A stretch of 64,000 nt of DNA. Origin: an uncultured Gammaproteobacteria bacterium (GTDB taxonomy: Bacteria > Pseudomonadota > Gammaproteobacteria > Steroidobacterales > Steroidobacteraceae). The stretch is from assembly GCA_963843985.1 (NCBI GenBank), contig CAWJMS010000033.1, forward strand, positions 278,951 to 342,950, read 5' to 3'. This document shows positions 43,153-54,485 of the stretch, in pieces. A program made the translations under genes and the position numbers. The notes under the pieces are model-generated. The model did not search any database. It had not been told where the DNA came from and was given only the letters and a program-made list of their open reading frames with translations. How positions within the stretch are numbered: position 1 is the stretch's first letter; every line of letters begins with the position of its first letter.

Positions 43153-44376
43153 ATGGGAGCTTTCGAGTACGTCGCGGTCGATCCTGCCGGTCGCGAGCGC
43201 AAAGGCGTCCTGGAAGGCGACACGCCACGCCAGATCCGTCAGCAACTGCGCGACCAGAACCTGCTGCCGGTCTCGGTCGCCGAGGTGGTCGAGCAGGAAG
43301 CCGAGCGCAGCGCCGGGCGGACGCCGTTCAAGCTCCAGCGGGGACTGAGCGCGCTCGACCTGTCGCTGATCACGCGCCAGCTCGCGACGCTGGTGAAATC
43401 GTCGCTGCCGCTCGAGGAATCCCTGCTCGCGGTCTCGCAGCAGACCGACAAGCCGCGCATCCGCAACATCATGCTCGGTGTGCGCTCGAAGGTCATGGAA
43501 GGCCACACGCTGGCCGACGGACTCGCGGAGTTCCCGACTTCGTTCCCCGAGATCTACCGGGCGACCATCGCCGCGAGCGAGCAGACCGGCCACCTGGACG
43601 CGGTCCTCGAGCGGCTCGCCGACTACACCGAGAACCGGCAGCAACTGCGCAGCAAGACGCTGGGCGCGATGCTCTACCCGGTGCTGCTGTTCGGCGTCTG
43701 CATCACGATCGTGTTCTTCCTGCTGGTTTCGGTCGTTCCGAAAGTCGTCGAGGTGTACCGAAACAGCGAAGCGCAGCTGCCGATCCTCACGCAGATCCTG
43801 ATCTCCGGCAGCGACTTCATGCGCAGGTACGGGATCTTCCTCGTCATCGCGCTCGCCGCCGCCGGCTGGCTGTTCAACCGCTGGCTCAAGGTCGAGGCGA
43901 ACCGCGCGCGCTGGCACCGGTTCCTGCTGTCGTTGCCGCTGGTCGGCAAGGTCGTGCGCGGCAGCAACACGGCGCGATTCGCCCGCACGTTGAGCACGCT
44001 CACGGCGAGCACGGTGCCGGTGCTCGAGGCGCTGCGCATCTCGGGCGAAGTGGTGACGAACCTGCCGATGAAAGCCGCGGTGGCGGAGGCGGCCGTGCGT
44101 GTCCGCGAAGGCGCGCCGATCGGGCGCTCGCTCGGCGTCAGCCGGCTTTTCCCGCCGATGATGATTCACCTGATCGCGAGCGGCGAAACCAGCGGCGAAC
44201 TCGACACGATGCTCGAGCGGGCTGCGCAGCACCAGGAACGCGAGCTCGACGCCACGCTGCAGGCGGTGGTGGGCCTGCTCGGGCCCTTGATGATCCTCGT
44301 GATGGGCGGCGTGGTGCTGCTGATCGTGCTGGCGATGCTGCTGCCGATCTTCCAGCTCAACGACCTGGTGAAGTAG
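43153..44376 (+). CDS. gspF: type II secretion system inner-membrane platform protein GspF
   Basis: Intact 407-aa ORF with two GspF-type cytoplasmic domains and three TM segments. It starts MGAFEYVAVDPAGRERKGVLEGD and contains ...ETSGELDTMLERAA. Confidence 0.95.
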   Translation: MGAFEYVAVDPAGRERKGVLEGDTPRQIRQQLRDQNLLPVSVAEVVEQEAERSAGRTPFKLQRGLSALDLSLITRQLATLVKSSLPLEESLLAVSQQTDKPRIRNIMLGVRSKVMEGHTLADGLAEFPTSFPEIYRATIAASEQTGHLDAVLERLADYTENRQQLRSKTLGAMLYPVLLFGVCITIVFFLLVSVVPKVVEVYRNSEAQLPILTQILISGSDFMRRYGIFLVIALAAAGWLFNRWLKVEANRARWHRFLLSLPLVGKVVRGSNTARFARTLSTLTASTVPVLEALRISGEVVTNLPMKAAVAEAAVRVREGAPIGRSLGVSRLFPPMMIHLIASGETSGELDTMLERAAQHQERELDATLQAVVGLLGPLMILVMGGVVLLIVLAMLLPIFQLNDLVK

Positions 44377-44379
44377 CCT

Positions 44380-44476
44380 CTTCACCTCTCCCGCTTGCGG
44401 GATCTTCACCTCTCCCGCTTGCGGGATCTTCACCTCTCCCGCTGCGGGAGGTCGCGCGCGAGCGCGGGTGAGGGCG
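44380..44476. repeat. REP-family cluster: 24-nt unit cttcacctctcccgcttgcgggat repeated 2.5 times, plus a gcgggtgaggg arm
   Basis: Copies lie at 44380-44403, 44404-44427 and 44428-44450 (variant), followed by gtcgcgcgcgagcgcgggtgagggc. This is the reverse orientation of the unit at 50559-50657. Confidence 0.8.
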
Positions 44477-44491
44477 TGCCGCAGGCGCAAG

Positions 44492-44715
44492 CCAAGGCAA
44501 TCCCGGTCCCGGTTCTCTTCCGCGCTCCAGGTCGTACGCGCGCTGCGACGAGCGGAGGAATCGGGAGAACCGTCGGCGACCTTGCGCAGAGCGGTGATCG
44601 GGGCGACTCGTCTCGCGAAACGTCGCGGGCGGTTACGCCCCGATTCCAACGGGGGCATCGTCGAAGCGCGGTCGACATGGAGCGCGGAAGAGAACCGGGA
44701 CCGGGATTGCCTCGG
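44492..44715. repeat. MITE-like element / long hairpin: 43-nt terminal inverted repeats (2 mismatches) flanking ~138 nt
   Basis: Left arm 44492-44534 is ccaaggcaatcccggtcccggttctcttccgcgctccaggtcg. The right arm 44673-44715 is its reverse complement with 2 mismatches. There is no coding capacity. The arm resembles the hairpin at 35481-35535. Confidence 0.65.
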
Positions 44716-45081
44716 CAGCCGTCGCATGCGGACTGCAGGATCTCACCCGGCCGGGAGGCCGGTCTCCCCCGCAAGCGGGAGAGCTCAGTCGGAGCGGTCG
44801 TCGCTGAAGAGCCGCGCGCGCAACCGTCGCAGCACGGATTCCTCCCAACCGAAGCCGTCGTCCACCGCCGCACCGTCGAGCGACCCCGACGCGCCCTGGG
44901 AGGCTGGCTTCGACATCAGCGACTCAACGCGGCTCGCGACCCGTCGCAGGGTCGCCGTTTCCCAGTCGTCCTTGCTGTCTGGTTCGGCCAATGCCCGGAC
45001 TCCCGTACCACCTGGCGCCAACTTAGCCGGGTCGCGCGCCGGTCAGCGGGACGCCCGTCACATCTCACGCCGGCAACGGGC

Positions 45082-45513
45082 TCAATCCTGGCCCTTGCGG
45101 ATGCGCAGCAGGTCCCGACGGTCGCGCTTGTCGGGCCGGCCCTCGGACACCGGGCCAGACAGCCGGTCGAACTCCCTGGCCTGCTCGCGGGCGGCGAGGC
45201 TTTCGGCTGATTCGACGTAATGCAGCCGCGCCTCGCCAGCCGGGCCCCGGCGCCGCGGAATGCCGGTCACCTCGACCTCGAATCGCTCCCGCTCGCGGGT
45301 AATGCGGACACGGTCGCCGATCTTCACGTGCCGCGACGGCTTCACCCTCTCCCCGTTCACCTGCGCGTGCCCGCCTTCGACCGCCGACTGGGCGAGCCCG
45401 CGCGTCTTGAAGAATCGAGTGCACCACAACCACTTGTCGATGCGCAGGCCGGCCGCTGGCGACGTGCCCGTGACGCCTCCCGCGTGGTCCCCAGCGAATT
45501 TCTGCATTGGCAC
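45082..45513 (-). CDS. hslR: ribosome-associated heat shock protein Hsp15 (S4 RNA-binding domain)
   Basis: Intact 143-aa ORF; [49 protein letters not shown]. Confidence 0.85.
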   Translation of the reverse strand: MPMQKFAGDHAGGVTGTSPAAGLRIDKWLWCTRFFKTRGLAQSAVEGGHAQVNGERVKPSRHVKIGDRVRITRERERFEVEVTGIPRRRGPAGEARLHYVESAESLAAREQAREFDRLSGPVSEGRPDKRDRRDLLRIRKGQD

Positions 45514-45564
45514 GCCGGGATTATAGGCCGCCTATAATCGCCGATTGCGACGGAGACTGCGCTC

Positions 45565-46755
45565 ATGGACCGACCCTTCCTCGACCGCCTCGCCCGCCAG
45601 ACCGACGAGTTGCGGAAGTCTGGACTCTACAAGCCGGAGCGCGTGATCGGCTCTCCCCAGCAGCCGATGGTGCGGCTGGCCGACGGCCGCGAGCTGATCA
45701 ACCTCTGCGCCAACAACTATCTCGCGCTCGCGAACCATCCTTCGATCCGCGAGGCGGCACACCGGGCGCTCGACCGCTACGGCTACGGCATGGCATCCGT
45801 GCGCTTCATCTGCGGCACGCAGAGCGTGCACAAGGAGCTCGAGGCCCGCCTCAGCGCGTTCCTCGGCACCGAGGACACGATCCTCTACTCCTCCTGCTTC
45901 GACGCCAACGGCGGGCTCTTCGAGACTCTGCTCGACGAGCAGGATGCCGTGATCAGCGACGCGTTGAACCACGCGAGCATCATCGACGGCATCCGGCTCA
46001 GCAAGGCGCAGCGGCTGCGCTACGCCAACGACGACCTCGACGAACTCGAGGCCCGGCTGAAGGAAGCGTCGGGCGCACGGGTGAAGCTGATCGCGACCGA
46101 CGGCGTGTTCTCCATGGACGGCGTGATCGCGCGGCTGAACGACATCTGCGATCTCGCCGACCGCTACGGCGCGCTGGTGATGGTCGACGATTCGCACGCG
46201 ACGGGTTTCGTCGGCCGCGGCGGCCGCGGCACGCCGGAGTACCGCGACGTGCTCGGCCGGATCGACATCCTGACCGGCACGCTCGGCAAGGCGCTCGGCG
46301 GCGCCGCTGGCGGCTACACGTCGGCCCGCAAGGAGATCGTCGCCTGGCTGCGCCAGCGTTCGCGCCCCTACCTGTTCTCGAACAGCGTCCCGCCGGTGAT
46401 CGCGGCCACCACGCTGCGCGTGCTCGACCTGGTCGAGGCTGGCGACGAGCTGCGCCAGCGCCTGCGGGACAATACCAGCCACTTCCGCACGCGGATGCGC
46501 GAAGCCGGCTTCGACATCGTTCCGGGCGAGCACCCGATCGCTCCCGTGATGCTCGGCGACGCGGCGCTCGCCGGAAAATTCGCCGAGCGCCTGCTGGAGC
46601 GCGGCGTGTACGTGATCGGCTTTTCCTATCCGGTCGTGCCGATGGGCAAAGCGCGCATCCGCACGCAGATGTGCGCCGGCCACGACCGCGCCCAGCTCGA
46701 CCGGGCGATCGACGCATTCGCGGCCGTCGGCCGCGAACTCGGCGTCGTCCAGTAA
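45565..46755 (+). CDS. kbl: glycine C-acetyltransferase (2-amino-3-ketobutyrate CoA ligase)
   Basis: Intact 396-aa ORF; [15 protein letters not shown]..., [12 protein letters not shown], and the PLP-lysine region [14 protein letters not shown]. It is immediately upstream of tdh. Confidence 0.95.
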   Translation: MDRPFLDRLARQTDELRKSGLYKPERVIGSPQQPMVRLADGRELINLCANNYLALANHPSIREAAHRALDRYGYGMASVRFICGTQSVHKELEARLSAFLGTEDTILYSSCFDANGGLFETLLDEQDAVISDALNHASIIDGIRLSKAQRLRYANDDLDELEARLKEASGARVKLIATDGVFSMDGVIARLNDICDLADRYGALVMVDDSHATGFVGRGGRGTPEYRDVLGRIDILTGTLGKALGGAAGGYTSARKEIVAWLRQRSRPYLFSNSVPPVIAATTLRVLDLVEAGDELRQRLRDNTSHFRTRMREAGFDIVPGEHPIAPVMLGDAALAGKFAERLLERGVYVIGFSYPVVPMGKARIRTQMCAGHDRAQLDRAIDAFAAVGRELGVVQ

Positions 46756-46781
46756 CGACCCCCCCTCGGAGGCAAGCTCAC

Positions 46782-47810
46782 ATGAAGGCCCTGGTGAAGT
46801 CGCAGCGCGCGCCCGGCATCTGGATGGAGAACGTGCCCGAGCCGAAGGTCGGTCACAACGACGTGATGATCAAGGTGCGCAAGACCGCGATCTGCGGCAC
46901 CGACATGCACATCTACAACTGGGACCAGTGGGCGCAGAAGACGATTCCCGTGCCGATGCACGTCGGCCACGAGTACGTCGGCGAAATCGTCGAGATGGGC
47001 AGCGAGGTGCAGGGCTTCACGGTCGGCGATCGCGTCTCCGGCGAAGGCCACATCACCTGCGGCTACTGCCGGAACTGCCGCGCCGGCCGCCGCCACCTGT
47101 GCCGCAATACCGTCGGCGTCGGCGTCAACCGCCCGGGCTGCTTCGCCGAGTACCTGGTGATCCCGGCGTTCAACGCGTTCAAGCTCACCGATGCGATCAC
47201 GGACGAGATCGCGGCCATCCTCGATCCGTTCGGCAACGCCACGCACACGGCGCTGTCGTTCAGCCTCGTGGGCGAGGACGTGCTCATCACCGGCGCCGGG
47301 CCGATCGGCATCATGGCCGTCGCGATCGCGCGGCACGTGGGCGCGCGGCACATCGTCATCACCGACGTCAACGATTACCGGCTCGATCTCGCCCGCAGGA
47401 TGGGGGCCACGAAGGCCATCAACGTCGGCACCGAATCGCTCGACGGCGCGATGAAGGAACTCGGCATGGTCGAGGGGTTCGACGTCGGGCTCGAGATGTC
47501 GGGCAACCCGATCGCGTTTCGCGACCTGCTGCGCACGATGCACCACGGCGGCAACGTGGCGCTGCTCGGGATCCCGCCCGGGGACACGGCGATCGACTGG
47601 AACGACGTGATCTTCAAGGGCCTGGTGCTGAAGGGCATCTACGGCCGCGAGATGTTCGAGACCTGGTACAAGATGGCGGCGATGCTGCAGAGCGGCCTCG
47701 ACATCACGCCGGTCATCACGCACCGGCTGCCGATCGCGGAATTCCGCGAGGGCTTCGAGATCATGCGCAGCGGCCAGTCGGGCAAGGTGATCCTGGACTG
47801 GGCGGCCTGA
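46782..47810 (+). CDS. tdh: L-threonine 3-dehydrogenase (Zn-dependent)
   Basis: [45 protein letters not shown]...[12 protein letters not shown]...[15 protein letters not shown]...[11 protein letters not shown]. The frame is intact from ATG 46782. Confidence 0.95.
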   Translation: MKALVKSQRAPGIWMENVPEPKVGHNDVMIKVRKTAICGTDMHIYNWDQWAQKTIPVPMHVGHEYVGEIVEMGSEVQGFTVGDRVSGEGHITCGYCRNCRAGRRHLCRNTVGVGVNRPGCFAEYLVIPAFNAFKLTDAITDEIAAILDPFGNATHTALSFSLVGEDVLITGAGPIGIMAVAIARHVGARHIVITDVNDYRLDLARRMGATKAINVGTESLDGAMKELGMVEGFDVGLEMSGNPIAFRDLLRTMHHGGNVALLGIPPGDTAIDWNDVIFKGLVLKGIYGREMFETWYKMAAMLQSGLDITPVITHRLPIAEFREGFEIMRSGQSGKVILDWAA

Positions 47811-47811
47811 C

Positions 47812-48132
47812 CTATGCCTGGTCCCGGCGCGACTCCCCCGGTTCCGGTGAGACCGGCCTGGCGCCGATCGACTTCGACAGGCGGTCCTCGCAGACCTTGA
47901 AGACGAGAAAAAACATCAGGCTCGCGTAGCCGGTAACGACGAGCTCGAGGAGCTGCTGCAGACCGCCGTCCATCACGGCCTGCCAGCCGTAGTCGCGCAG
48001 CAGTTCGGCATTCGCCTTGAGCAGCAGAAAGAGGTTCGCCGTGCCGAGGCCGGACACGAAGAACGCCAGCCCCATGACGAGGAACGTCGCCCAGGGCCGG
48101 GACAACACGACGCGATGGAACCACGACTTCAT
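47812..48132 (-). CDS. small membrane protein of unknown function
   Basis: 106-aa ORF with two clear hydrophobic helices (WATFLVMGLAFFVSGLGTANLFLLL; LLELVVTGYASLMFFLVF). No family recognised. Confidence 0.4.
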   Translation of the reverse strand: MKSWFHRVVLSRPWATFLVMGLAFFVSGLGTANLFLLLKANAELLRDYGWQAVMDGGLQQLLELVVTGYASLMFFLVFKVCEDRLSKSIGARPVSPEPGESRRDQA

Positions 48133-48330
48133 GTGCGCTCCCGGATGGCGAACGTGGCCGCGAGTCTACCGCACGACCGGCGCCCGATACGCCGGGCGGC
48201 CGGGTCCGCCCGTCAGCGGCACGCCATTTCGTACATCGCTAATGCGCCGCGAGGCCGCGAATAGTAGATTGCACGGCTGGCGCGGAAGCCCCCTTCGGCG
48301 CCATCACCCGACAATTTCAGGAAGCTCCCC

Positions 48331-49395
48331 ATGCCACTCGTCTCGATGCGCCAGTTGCTCGACCACGCCGCCGAAAACGGCTATGGCCTGCCCGCCTTCA
48401 ACGTCAACAACCTCGAGCAGGTGCGCGCCATCATGGAAGCCGCCGACGAGACCGGCAGCCCCGTCATCATGCAGGGCTCCGCGGGCGCGCGGAAGTACGC
48501 CGGCGAGGCGTTTCTGCGCCACCTGATCCAGGCGGCCGTCGAGGCCTATCCGCACATCCCGGTCGTGATGCACCAGGATCACGGCCAGTCGCCGGCGGTC
48601 TGCATGGGGGCCATCCGCTCGGGCTTCTCGAGCGTCATGATGGACGGCTCGCTGAAGGAGGACGGCAAGACGCCTTCCTCGTACGAGTACAACGTCGAGA
48701 CCTCCCGCAAGGTCGTCGACGTCGCGCACTCGATCGGTGTGACCGTCGAGGCCGAACTCGGCGTGCTCGGCTCGCTCGAGACGATGAAGGCCGACAAGGA
48801 AGACGGTCACGGCGCCGAAGGCCACATGACCCGCGAGGACCTGCTCACGGACCCGGACCAGGCCGCGGACTTCGTGCAGAAGACCCAGTGCGACGCGCTC
48901 GCCATCGCGATCGGCACCTCGCACGGCGCCTACAAGTTCACGCGCAAGCCGACGGGCGACATTCTCGCCATCCAGCGCATCAAGGAAATCCACGCGCGCA
49001 TCCCGAACACGCACCTCGTGATGCACGGCTCGTCCAGCGTGCCGCAGGAATGGCTCGAGGTCATCCGCAAGCATGGCGGCCAGATGAAGGAAACGTACGG
49101 GGTGCCGGTCGAGGAAATCGTCACGGGCATCCAGCACGGCGTGCGCAAGATCAACATCGACACCGACATCCGTCTCGCCATGACGGGCGCAATCCGCAAG
49201 CACATGGCGGAGAAGCCGTCCGAGTTCGACCCGCGCAAGTTCCTCGCCGATGCGCAGAACGCGGCGAAGGGCATCTGCAAGCTGCGGTACGAGGCGTTCG
49301 GCTGCGCCGGCCAGGCCGCGAAGATCAAGCCGCAGCCGCTCGACAAGATGGCCGAGCGATACAAGAAGGGCGAGTTGAACCAGATCGTAAACTGA
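48331..49395 (+). CDS. fba: class II fructose-bisphosphate aldolase
   Basis: Intact 354-aa ORF; [30 protein letters not shown]...VVMHQDHG...SVMMDGS...[14 protein letters not shown]...[10 protein letters not shown]. Confidence 0.95.
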   Translation: MPLVSMRQLLDHAAENGYGLPAFNVNNLEQVRAIMEAADETGSPVIMQGSAGARKYAGEAFLRHLIQAAVEAYPHIPVVMHQDHGQSPAVCMGAIRSGFSSVMMDGSLKEDGKTPSSYEYNVETSRKVVDVAHSIGVTVEAELGVLGSLETMKADKEDGHGAEGHMTREDLLTDPDQAADFVQKTQCDALAIAIGTSHGAYKFTRKPTGDILAIQRIKEIHARIPNTHLVMHGSSSVPQEWLEVIRKHGGQMKETYGVPVEEIVTGIQHGVRKINIDTDIRLAMTGAIRKHMAEKPSEFDPRKFLADAQNAAKGICKLRYEAFGCAGQAAKIKPQPLDKMAERYKKGELNQIVN

Positions 49396-49479
49396 TCGCT
49401 GCCCCGCGTCCCGCAGCTTGCGCGCGGTCCGCGCGACCGGGCTGCAGTACGGCTTGCGCCCGTCATCGAGCGAGTATCC

Positions 49480-50557
49480 ATGCCCCGCCTGTTCGATCCG
49501 CTGACGTTCCGCCACGGCCCGGCGATGGCCAACCGTTTCATGCTTGCTCCACTGACGAACTGCCAGAGCCATGCCGACGGCAGTCTCTCGGACGACGAGT
49601 TCCACTGGCTGACGATGCGGGCGCGCGGGGGGTTCGGGCTCACCATGACCTGCGCGTCGCACGTGCAGGCCATCGGCCAAGGGTTCCCGGGACAGCTCGG
49701 GATTTTCTCGGACTTACACCTCGAGGGCCTCACCCGGCTCGCGTCGGCGATCAAGGCTGCCGGCAGCCTCGCCGTGTCGCAGTTGCATCACGCAGGCATG
49801 CGCTCGCCGGCCGCCTTGATCGGCACGGTACCGGTAAGCCCGTCATCGGACGCCGAGACAGGCGCACGCGAACTGAGCCTCGCCGAGGTCGAACAGCTCG
49901 CCCGCGATTTCGTCGCGGCGGCGCAGCGCGCGGAACGCGCGGGCTTCGACGGTGTCGAGATTCACGGCGCGCACGGCTACATCCTGTGCGCGTTCCTCAG
50001 CCCCGAATTCAACCGGCGCAGCGACCGGTACGGCGGCTCGCTCGAGAATCGCTCGCGTCTGCTCTTCGACATCATCGCAAGGGATTCGCCGAACGTGCCG
50101 GAAGGACTTCAGCATCGGCGTGCGCCTGTCGCCCGAGCGCTTCGCACTGCAGACACGCGAGATCGTCGAGCTCGCCCGGCGCCTGATACGCGAGGCCGAC
50201 ATCGATTACATCGACCTGTCGCTCTGGGACGTGTTCAAGGAACCGATGGATGTCTCGCTGCAGGGCCGCAGCCTGCTTTCATGTTTCACGGAATTCGGTC
50301 GAGGCAACGTGCGTCTCGGCGTGGCGGGCAAGATCATGAGCGGGCCGGACGCGCAGCGCTGCCTCGATCTCGGCGCAGACTACGTGACGATCGGGCGCGC
50401 GGCTGTGCTGCGCCACGACTTTCCGCGCCGCGTGCAGGCCGATCCGGGCTACCAGTCCCCGTCTCTTCCGGTCACCGCGGAATACCTCCGCAACGAAGGT
50501 CTCGGACCCGCGTTCCTCGATTACATGCGCAGCTGGAAGGGATTCGTTGCGGCGTAG
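49480..50557 (+). CDS. NADH:flavin oxidoreductase (Old Yellow Enzyme family), one apparent frameshift near 50080
   Basis: NRFMLAPLTNCQS..., DGVEIHGAHGYILCAFLSPEFNRRSDRYGGSLENRSRLL, then in the second frame FSIGVRLSPERF...GADYVTIGRAAVL. Confidence 0.8.
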
Positions 50558-50558
50558 T

Positions 50559-50657
50559 GCCCTCACCCGCACGGTGTGCGACCTCTCCCGCACGCGGGAG
50601 AGGTGGGAAGCCCTCACCCGCACGGTGTGCGACCTCTCCCGCGCGCGGGAGAGGTGA
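50559..50657. repeat. two tandem ~51-nt REP-family units
   Basis: ccctcacccgcacggtgtgcgacctctcccgcacgcgggagaggtgggaa is followed by a near-identical copy. They lie between the convergent OYE gene and uppP. Confidence 0.8.
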
Positions 50658-50663
50658 TCGACG

Positions 50664-51485
50664 TCAGCCGGCCCAGTCGATGAAGCCGGTCCAGGCGGTG
50701 GCAAGCACGAGCAGGCCGAACGCGATGCGATACCAGGCGAACGGCACGAAGGTGTGCGTCGCGACGTAGCGCAGCAGCCAGCGCACGCAGGCGAACGCCG
50801 ACACGAACGCGGCGACCATGCCGACGATCCACAGGCCGAGATCGTCCATCGACAGCAGGTGCCGCTCCTTGTAGAGCGAGTAAACGGAGGCGAGGCCCAG
50901 CGTCGGGATGGCCAGGTAGAAAGTGAACTCCGTCGCCACCTGCCGCGACAGCCCGAACAGCATGCCGCCGATGATCGTCGCGCCCGACCGGCTGGTGCCG
51001 GGCACCAGCGCAAGCGCCTGCGCCAGCCCGACCTTCATCGCGTCGAGCGCCGACATCTGGTCGATCGTCGTCACGCGCACCGTGTGATTGCGTCGCTCGG
51101 CCCACAGGATGACGAAGCCACCGATGATGAACGCAGCCGCCACGGTGGGCGCGTTGAACAGGTGCGCCTTGAGCGCCTTGCCGAACAGCAGTCCAAGCAC
51201 TGCGAGTGGCAGGAACGCGATGCCGATGTTCAGGAGCAGGCGTTGAGAGGCGCGATCGCGGGTGGCCCCGGCGAGCACCGAAACGATGCGCGCCCGGAAT
51301 TCCCAGACTACGGCCAGTATGGCGCCGGACTGGATGACGATTTCGAAGAGCTTGCCCCGCTCGTCATTGAAGCGCAGCAGCGAGGCGGCGACGATCAGGT
51401 GCCCGGTGCTCGACACCGGCAGGAACTCGGTCAGTCCCTCGACGACCCCGAGGACGGCCGCCTTCAGCAGCAGCAGCCAATCCAT
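50664..51485 (-). CDS. uppP: undecaprenyl-diphosphate phosphatase
   Basis: Intact 273-aa ORF; [20 protein letters not shown]... and ...[13 protein letters not shown], the BacA/UppP signature motifs. Confidence 0.95.
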   Translation of the reverse strand: MDWLLLLKAAVLGVVEGLTEFLPVSSTGHLIVAASLLRFNDERGKLFEIVIQSGAILAVVWEFRARIVSVLAGATRDRASQRLLLNIGIAFLPLAVLGLLFGKALKAHLFNAPTVAAAFIIGGFVILWAERRNHTVRVTTIDQMSALDAMKVGLAQALALVPGTSRSGATIIGGMLFGLSRQVATEFTFYLAIPTLGLASVYSLYKERHLLSMDDLGLWIVGMVAAFVSAFACVRWLLRYVATHTFVPFAWYRIAFGLLVLATAWTGFIDWAG

Positions 51486-51488
51486 GCA

Positions 51489-53343
51489 TCAGTCCGGGCT
51501 GCAGGCGAAGCAGTACGCGAAGACGTTGCGCGGATCGGCGAGGCGCTCGATGCGCTGCATCTCGGCCACGACGGGCGCCAGCGACCGCGGCATCGCGGGC
51601 AGCGCGCCTTTCGGCAGCAGCGGCGCCACCACGGCCGCGACCGCGGCGCGGACTCGCAGGCCCAGCGCCTCGCCGAAACCGGGCTCACGGTCGTCGTAGA
51701 TCACCTCGTAGTCCTTGCCAAGCTTGGCCAGCTTCGCGGCGAGCTTGATCGCGTCCCGGTAGCCGCCGAGTCTCGTCGACGAGGCCGAGCTTCTGCGCGT
51801 CGGCGCCCGACCACACGCGGCCTTGCGCGACCGCATCGATGGCGGCAGATCGTCCTTCTTGCGCGCCTTCGCAACGAGCTCGACGAAATCCTGGTAGCCG
51901 CGCTCGATCGTCCGCTGCAGGATTTCGCGCGTCGGCTCGCCCATCGCGCGGTCGGGCCGGAACTCGCCGGCGAGCGCCGTGGTGCCGACGCCGTCGACGT
52001 GCACGCCCACCTTCTCGAGCGTCCGCTGGAAGGTCGGGAACATCGCGAAGATGCCGATCGAGCCGGTCAACGTGGCCGGGCCCGCGACGATGCGGTCGGC
52101 GTCCATCGGCGATGTAGTAGCCGCCCGAGGCCGCGAGGCTGCTCATCGAGGCCACCACGGGCTTGCCGGCCTTCTTCAATTCGTCGACCTCGCGGCGGAT
52201 GACCTCGCTCGCGAACACGCTGCCGCCCGGGCTGTCGATGCGCAGCACCACCGCCTTCACGTCCTCGTCGAAGCGCGCGTCGCGGAGCTGCTGCGCGAGC
52301 GTATCCGACCCGACCATGCCCGGCGGCTGCTCGCCCGGGACGATGTCGCCGGAGGCGACGATCATCGACGATCTTGTCGCGCGGCTTGCTCTCGAGCGCC
52401 TCCGACGAACGGACGTTCGCGAGGTAGGACTCGAAGTCGATGCCCTTGTAGGAATGCGCGTCCTCGTCCTCGCCGGTGATCGCCGCGAGCCGCTCCTCCG
52501 CCCGGTACCGGCCTTCGAGCGCGGTGACGAGACCGGCGTCGAGCGCCATCTTCGCGAGGTCGCCGTTCGTCTTGCGCAGGGCTCGGGACGGCGTCGTCCG
52601 CGTACGCCTGCAGCGCTTCCGGTTCGAGCTCGCGCGCCTTCGCGACCTCCGACTTGTAGGTGCCCCACACCGACGTTCAGCCAGGCGAGGCTCTCCTCGC
52701 GCTCGGCGGGCGACATGTCGTTGCGGGTGAACATCTCGACGGCCGACTTGTACTGGCCGACGCGGAACACGTTCCAGTCGACCGCGAGCTTGTCGAGCGC
52801 GTCCTTGATGAACATCCCGTAGTTGGCATAGCCGTCCACGTAGACGACGCCCTGCGGATCGAGGTAGATCTCGTCGGCGTGCGCGGCGAGGAAGTACTGC
52901 GGTCTGGTCGTAGAAATCGCCGTAGGCAATGACGGGCTTGCCGCTCTTGCGGAAGTCGTCGACCGCGGCCGCAATCTCCTGGAGCTTGGCGAGGCCGCCG
53001 CCGGTCAGGCCGCCCAGGTCGAGGTACAGCGAACTGATGCGCTTGTCGTCCCTGGCCGCGACGATCGCGTCGATCGACGTCGCGCAGGCGGGTTTCGGAC
53101 GGCAGCCGCCGCATGCTCTGCTCGAGCGCGCGCTCGCAGCGGATCACCGGTGAACTGCTCGACGATCGGGCCCTGCGGCGCGATGACGAGCGCCGCCTTG
53201 TCCGGGACGAACGGACTGGGGCGCGAGAACAGCGAGCCGATGATCCCGAAGATCAGCAGCAGCAGGATCAGGTGCAGGATCTTGCGCAGCCCGTCGAGGC
53301 CGCTCCAGATCCAGGCCAGCACCCTGCCGATGGCACGCAACAT
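51489..53343 (-). CDS. sppA: signal peptide peptidase SppA, 67K type (at least 4 apparent frameshifts)
   Basis: N-terminal anchor is MLRAIGRVLAWIWSGLDGLRKILHLILLLLIFGIIGSLF. Two S49 peptidase halves are present (...VVLRIDSPGGSVFASEVI..., ...AASGGYYIA..., ...TGSIGIF...). The pieces are collinear over several frames. Confidence 0.85.
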
Positions 53344-53365
53344 TCGCGCGCGCCCGGGAGCCGCG

Positions 53366-53710
53366 TTAGACCTTCTCTTCGATGCGCGCGGACTTGCCGG
53401 TGCGCTCGCGCAGGTAGTACAGCTTGGCGCGGCGGACGTGGCCACGGCGCTTCACCGTGATCGCGCCGAGCGCGGGGCTGTAGGTCTGGAACACGCGCTC
53501 CACGCCTTCGCCGTGCGAGATCTTGCGCACGGTGAACGACGAGTTCAGGCCGCGGTTGCTCTTGGCGATGACCACGCCCTCGTAGGCCTGCACGCGCTCG
53601 CGATCGCCTTCCTTGACCTTGACCTCGACGACGACGGTGTCGCCCGGGCCGAAGTCCGGCACTTCGCGCTTCATGCGCTCGGCTTCGAGCGCGGCAATGA
53701 TGTTCGTCAT
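53366..53710 (-). CDS. rplS: 50S ribosomal protein L19
   Basis: Intact 114-aa ORF; [49 protein letters not shown]. Confidence 0.97.
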   Translation of the reverse strand: MTNIIAALEAERMKREVPDFGPGDTVVVEVKVKEGDRERVQAYEGVVIAKSNRGLNSSFTVRKISHGEGVERVFQTYSPALGAITVKRRGHVRRAKLYYLRERTGKSARIEEKV

Positions 53711-54448
53711 AACTCACCCTTCTCAGACAGGTATTCGTCGAGGAGCCTGCGCTCCTCCATGCTCAATTCGCGGCCCGACAGCAAGTCGGGCCGTCTCTGC
53801 CACGTCCGCCCCAGCGCCTGCTTCAGGCGCCAGCGGGCGATCACGGCGTGGTTGCCGCCGCTCAGCACGGCCGGCACCTCGCGCCCGGCCCAGACCTCCG
53901 GCCGCGTGTAGTGCGGCCAGTCGAGGAGCCCGCTCGCGAACGACTCCTGCACGGCCGATTCGGCATCCCCGAGCGTGCCCGGGAGCAGCCTCGCCACCGC
54001 GTCGATCACCACCAGCGCCGGCAGTTCGCCGCCGCTCAGCACCGCATCGCAGACCGAGACCGACTCGTCGATGCACGCGTCCACGAACCGCTCGTCCACG
54101 CCTTCGTACCGTCCGGCCACGAGCACCAGCTCGGGCAGCGCGGCGAACTCGCGCGACCTTCCGCTGCGTGAGCGGGGCGCCGTCCGCCGCCAGGTACACC
54201 CGGCGCGCCGCCGGCACGTGCCGCGCGGCCTCCTCCATCGCGAGCCGCAGCGGCTCGGCCTTCAGGACCATCCCGGGGCCGCCGCCGTACGGCCGGTCGT
54301 CCACCGTCTTGTGCACGTCCGTGGCGAACTGCCGCGGATTGACCGTCTCGACCGACAGCACACCGCGCTCGAGCGCCCGGCCCAGCACGCCGAACCGAAG
54401 CGCGTGCTCGACGAACTCGGGGAACAACGTGACGACCACGATCTTCAC
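53707..54448 (-). CDS. trmD: tRNA (guanine37-N1)-methyltransferase (one apparent frameshift near 54150)
   Basis: [25 protein letters not shown]...[13 protein letters not shown], then in the second frame [12 protein letters not shown]...[27 protein letters not shown]. Confidence 0.93.
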
Positions 54449-54485
54449 GCCTGCTCCACCTTCCCGATCCGCGCCGGCCGGCGAC

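Noticed and set aside
44380-44450. Possible mini CRISPR array: the 24-nt unit cttcacctctcccgcttgcgggat repeated about three times.
   Set aside because: The repeats are directly adjacent with no spacers. The unit belongs to the REP family seen at 35.5 kb and 50.6 kb, and no cas genes are present in the window.
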